Assembly: GCF_036971445.1 (NCBI RefSeq) | Contig: NC_091475.1 | Coordinates: 196,788,001-196,852,000, forward strand | DNA: 64,000 nucleotides | Direction of reading: 5' to 3' | Source: Narcine bancroftii | Lineage: Eukaryota | Shown here: one piece after another, positions 58,831 to 64,000 of the stretch | Layout: each line of letters starts with the position of its first letter | How positions within the stretch are numbered: the stretch's first letter is position 1 | Position numbers and translations under genes: made by a program | The notes under the pieces: model-generated | What the model was told of the DNA's origin: nothing | The model's database searches: none | Seen by the model: the letters and a program-made list of their open reading frames with translations, nothing else

Positions 58831-60359
58831 AGCCATTGAAGGAACAGCTGAGCTCCTTTAGAGAATCATTTAAAAAGTGCAGCTGTTGGGACCTTGAGCC
58901 AACAAAGAGAAGCTGGAGGAACTCAAAGGATCAGGCAGTATCGGTGGAGAGAAATGGTCAGTCAACGTTTTAGGTCAGGATGCTTTATCGAGACTGAGAG
59001 GAAGAAGGCAAACAGGAGCTCAGACTGAGTATAGGGGCTCTGCAAAGAGATCACGTGATCTTCAGTTGGACTTTGCATTGTAGAGGAGGCCACTTCTTTA
59101 TGAATACCAAAATGGAGAAATGCAAGTACATTCACTGCCTTACCTGGAAAACCTGTTTGGATTCATGGATAGTTGGGTAAAGACCAGGGAAACTCCATTC
59201 CTGCAACGGCAGAGGAGAAAATTGATTCCGGTAGATGCAAAGCAATAGGGTCGGCACCAGAACAATTCTTAGCAGGAGGCATTAGGGTAACCACGGGGGC
59301 CACAATATGACCTTTGAAAACTCGCTCAGGGTAGGGGGGTGGGTGGTGTGCCTACCTCTGAATGTCCTCCATGCTTTGGGACCCACTACCTTCCTCCTCC
59401 CTCTGACGTAGCGGACAAATGCACTGCTTATATTGCTCAGAGACTAGTGACACTAGACACTAGTGATGCTAGGCTGCGGGTCACAGTACCTCATTTGGTG
59501 GGGGGGGGGTGCGATGGCTGCGAGTGGGTGGGGAGGGTCACAATATCTCATTTGGAGGGGTGGGGGAAATACTCGTAAATGCCTCCTCCCCTTGGAGCTG
59601 ACGCTGCACAGCTAAGAAGTGAAAGGTAACTAGGTCTAAGCACGAAAGCAGAACTGAGGTTATAATCAGATCAGCACACTAATTTTCAACAGTAGATCGA
59701 GTACAGTGGGCTGAATGGCCTGTTCTTGGTTCCAACTCACATAGAAGCATAGAAGCATAGAACATTACAACACAGTATTCATACGCTTGCGTTAAGACAG
59801 TCGTGTCAGGTAAAATGTGACAACTATCCAACTCAGATGAGCAAAGACTATGAATTAAATGCGCCAATGCCATCGTGCAAAAAGGAAGAAACCTCATCTA
59901 TAATGGTTAATATAAAAAGTTTTGAAAATGAGTCTGGAGGTAATTAAATTTACCAGAATACCTGTAAGATGAAGAAGCCCAAGTAGCACTTCCATCATTT
60001 TTATAAATTAATGAATGTTATTTAATGAATTAGCACTCAGCTTGTATGGCAATTGCTCATTATTAATTTAAATACTGAGGCATTGAAAATGTGCTCCTTC
60101 AGCCGTTTTGTCGTATCATTAATTAAATACTTTCTGTAATAGACTTGAACTTTAACTTCCATCAATGTACTTGCTCCCCCTCACTTCTCCCACTTCTATT
60201 AAACCCACCAAGGTTATAATATAAATGAGGAAAATCTGTCCACTGGGTTTTGCAAAGCATGCTGAAGCCAATTGGTTTTGTCAAATGCTCTGTAAATTTT
60301 TTTCTTGCTCATGGTTTTACAGCACTGATACATACTCTAAAATATTCCACCGATCTTGC

Positions 60360-61545
60360 CATGGTGAAAGTGAAATAATGAACACCGTCGATTTGTGAGC
60401 CATCGTGCAAATGAACATAAATTAAGGAGGTGGTTGCACTGTCGAGGTAGCAGAAGGTGTTGCTTGGGATGGACCTTTACAGCATTGAGCTCAATAGGCC
60501 CGTCTTGTATTTCCTTTGAACCAAGGAGACTGATGAAGGTGCACAAAGTTGTGAGGAGCGTAGATAGGGCAGGTAGTGTGACACTTTTCCCCCAAAAATC
60601 AGAGAGCATGAGATAGAAGGGGAGCTGAGGAGGAATGTTTTCCCCAAATGGATGTTTGGAAACTGGAGCGCATTGGCTGAGGGGTCGTGGCTCTCCCAAT
60701 ATTGAAGAGGGATCTAGATGACCATTAAAGTCATCAAGGCATTGAAAGGCAAGGTCCAAGTGCTGGGTAATGAGATTAGTTAAGACAAGGTTGGATAGAT
60801 TTTTGCAAAAGTAGGGGAAATTAAGGGATATGGTGTCTTGGGTAAACTTGTAAATCTCACTTTGTTCGTTTTAGATTGGTCACAGTGTTCAAGCTACCAA
60901 AAGAAAATAGACACACACCGAGAGCAGTTCAGTTTATACAAGTCTTTATTACTAAATCTAAAGCTGAATTCACACTACAATTATACTTATCAATGCCTGG
61001 ACTGGTCCCAACTGCCGAAGCGAGGCAACGACTGCACACTTGTAGTAGGTTGTCGGGGCGCCGGTAGCAGCTTCTCTACTACCTTCCTCGACCGGGACGT
61101 TAGCTGGACTCTTGAAGTTCTTCTTCTTGCTGAGAGATGTTGCCACCTCTTGGAGAGTCTCAAACTTCAGCAGTGGGACCATGGCTTATATTACCCAAAA
61201 GTTGTTTACTTCAGATCTTATCTCTTTGAACAAATGATTTAATTATCTTCAAGGTCTCCTGACAGTCTGCGACCAACAAAAGACAACTGCATCTCTGGGC
61301 CTCATGGTGGAAGTTGGATAATGTCTACTGATTCATATGCATCCCTGGGCCCCATAGTGTAAATTATATTATGTCTTCTGATTCAACTGCATCCCTTCTT
61401 GCATAAGCTGGTCTAAATCCTCCATTACAATGGGGAAAAGGCAGGTAGGTGGAGATGAGCTGATCCTCAGATCAACCATGAAGGACAGTGCAGACTCGAT
61501 GGGCCAGATGGCCTACTCCTGCTCCTATTTCTTATATTTTTCTGT
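60360..61545 (+). mobile_element. Degraded CR1 3' fragments; the last tail is split by a solo LTR
   Basis: ttaagggatatgg|ggaaaaggcaggtagg rejoins across 60834-61429; tail ggcctactcctgctcctatttcttat. Confidence 0.65.
60834..61429 (-). mobile_element. Solo LTR (596 bp; ERV1/Gypsy-like)
   Basis: tgtcttgg...cattaca ends; 4-bp TSD atgg at 60830-60833 and 61430-61433. Minus-strand TATAA (~61185-61190) and AATAAA (~60945-60950). ~50-bp direct repeats at 61285-61395 in the presumed U3. Confidence 0.85.
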
Positions 61546-62589
61546 ATAAATGTATGGACATGTTGGTCCAAAGACCATATTTCTGTTCTGTGTGACTCAT
61601 ATCTCTATGGTTCTTTGATGAAACCTCACCTATTTATATACCCAAAAAATTCATCCAATCTGTTATCAGAAAAAAACACTTTTACTGAAATTTTTATAAT
61701 GTCAATTATCTTGCAGTTGTCAGTTTGATTTTCAGCTCCAAACAATAACAATAACAATAAAATCTGTCTGAGGGAGGACAAATGTATCTGCCAGATACTG
61801 TAAACTGTCATCTCATATCATTAGCCAATACAGAAAAGTTATTTTACTTATTGTCTTTTTCGATATCTGTGAAACTGACTAGATTTAGAAATTAGTTCAA
61901 TCCTTTGCCTTTTCTGAACAAAAGATACATTTCATTTTTTTTTCCCCTTTACTTTCTTTCAACGCACAAAATCTTGAGATGAATTCTTGATTAAGTCTCA
62001 TAAATCAGAACTCAGCACCACTAACTGATAGTACTCTGATCTGTCAAATTTCATCCTTTGCTCTGCCACCTGTTCTGAAATCTACGCTCTCACTGAACTA
62101 AATTCTCTCCCGTTTCAGGATACTATGGTTTATCCAGCTATAAATCTCTGCACTTCCCTCAACCTCAAAAAAATCTTCCGTGTATCTCGTAACCACTCAC
62201 ATTGCCCATCTACTCGGTTAAATTTTGTCACTATTCGGGCAATGTCAAACCGCATATACATCCGTGGACCCATAATTATTCAGTTACCGTGAGCAAGTCC
62301 GCAGTAATTTGGAAAAACAGATCGCTAGCTATAGGAAATTGTATTCTGTATACCCATACTGATTCCACTGCCCCGTTCTTTCCCTACAGCCCCGTGTCGG
62401 ACCCTACTTACAAATAAAAAGTTTACAGCTTTGCTATGGTGTTCACTCCATGTCTACATCATAATATCCAATTTCACAGAACATTAAGCGGCAAATACAG
62501 TGTATTTTTCTTTCCATTAATATACCCACTACATAAACAGATATTTTCATCTTCCACTGCATCAATTTCATCCCATGGCCGGAGAAAAG

Positions 62590-62910
62590 GCATGGAAACT
62601 GGCCATTTAGCCCACAGAGCACGAATCAACCACACGTTTTACCAATCCTCCTTTAATCCAAATTTTTATTCTGACATCTCTATTAACCCACTGACTACAG
62701 ATCCGCCTACCATCTACACATTAGAGGCAATTGACGGCAACCAATTAGCCAAACAACCCAGCTCACTTTAGGATGTAGGAGGAAACCAGAGCACGCATGG
62801 TTGCAGGAAGAATGGGCCAGTTCCTTGTAGACAGCACCTGAGGTCAGGTTGGAACACAGGTCTCAGGTGCTGCAGGACAGCAGCTCTTTCAGCTATTCCA
62901 CTGCGCCACC
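62590..62910 (-). mobile_element. Degraded V-SINE-like element
   Basis: ggatgtaggaggaaaccagagcac...acagcacctgaggtcaggttggaacacaggtc...ccactgcgccacc. Confidence 0.6.
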
Positions 62911-63559
62911 CGCTCTCATAACTCTGCAGATTTCTTATCCTGAGCAATAGCAATTGGATTATCTCAAAATTTGTAATATTTTACATTTGGCTATTTTTAT
63001 TCTCAATAACTGAAGTTTCTAAAAGCGGGAAAGAGGCCGTAAGTTAAAAAGTATAAAGCAATCACCAGAAATTTATTAAAATTTCAAGCTAATTATCTTT
63101 TGCATATTTTACTGTAAATGTTCTCACAGTCCTCCACTTTTTCAAAACCAGAATACTAATGATAACTTTACTTGGTGCCATGCTTCTTGAACCAGAATTT
63201 GTGTTGTGCAAATTGACCCCATACAGTCATATACATCAGAACAATTTACAGATGCAATGAAAGTGGCTTGCCTCAGCTTCCCAGGGACATAAAACATACA
63301 AAGAAGGATTAGTTATTATTAACTATAATGGAACTATAATTAACTGGGAGATAACAAATCTAAAAGGGAAAATAAAATAACTAATAAATATTCACATTTG
63401 ACTGATAGTACAAAAAAATGTGCTATCAGTTGTGCAGACAGATATTTGGTGGCTCTGGAGTACTGTGAGATAAAGAGGGTGATCCAAGAAATATGATACG
63501 GGGTTGGGGATACAGGGAGGAGGATTCAGGGAATTTGAAGTTCTTGACCCTCTCGGCGA

Positions 63560-64000
63560 CTGACCCTTGATGAACAGGAAAAATCTGGTATTATGACAAA
63601 ATACAAGAATTGTTCAGAAACTACAAAAAGATCTTGATTATGAAGTAATTATTTATTGAGGGACACTGATGATGAAGCAGAAGCCGACTCATCAGATACA
63701 GACTGAGACCCGTATGATGAGACTCTGGATGGGATGTCTTTGCCCTCAGACAATGATATTGATGGTGATTTTGAACGATTTTAAATACGTTTTTTTTAAG
63801 TAAAAATTATTTCTGATATACCAGTAGCTTGAAAATTTGTTGTAGGTTGAGTTATTTTTTGACGTTTCAAAGATGATCTTATAGCACCAATCTATGTTTA
63901 ACAGTTTTTGAGTTGATTTTAATGTCTCTCATTTTGTATCTGGTGTAAATCCCTGATTTTTGAGTGTTTTTTGAAGGGTTCAAGACTCGACTTATATGTC
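63560..64000 (+). mobile_element. Possible pogo/Tc2-type transposon remnant (transposase C-terminus), running off the window
   Basis: Acidic tail ...TDDEAEADSSDTD...SDNDIDGDFERF-stop, then a subterminal-like tcgacttatatg motif. Confidence 0.4.

Noticed and set aside
60838-61242. 134-aa ORF
   Set aside because: It lies wholly within a TSD-flanked solo LTR and has no recognisable protein motif.
62100-62180. Acceptor-like ttctctcccgtttcag as the next receptor exon
   Set aside because: The downstream sequence does not encode the expected M2 continuation ITTVLTMTTLS.

Overview
This is vertebrate nuclear DNA, not prokaryotic. The repeat content (CR1 LINEs, HE1/V-SINE-like SINEs, Penelope and Rex1/Babar fragments) suggests a cartilaginous fish, which is an inference. 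The only host coding sequence I can support is one 153-bp internal exon (52377-52529, + strand) of a GABA-A receptor gamma subunit, most like GABRG3. It encodes the end of the extracellular domain, M1 and the start of M2. I found no neighbouring exons, so the window appears to be more than 52 kb of upstream intron plus more than 11 kb of downstream intron. These introns are packed with transposable elements: young RTE LINE fragments, a degenerate L1, CR1s (one with an ORF1 esterase), Rex1/Babar, Penelope-like fragments with minimal hammerhead-ribozyme motifs, a Mag-type Gypsy provirus, a BEL/Pao derivative, solo LTRs, hAT, Tc1-pogo and Harbinger MITEs, and SINEs, often nested. Nearly all ORFs in the supplied track are TE debris or noise. 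I found no new multi-gene system. The most unusual signals are tandem variant-core hammerhead motifs, a two-MITE composite element, and a 37-nt locally templated insertion. TE family names come from motif recognition rather than database searches, and boundaries without a stated TSD are approximate.
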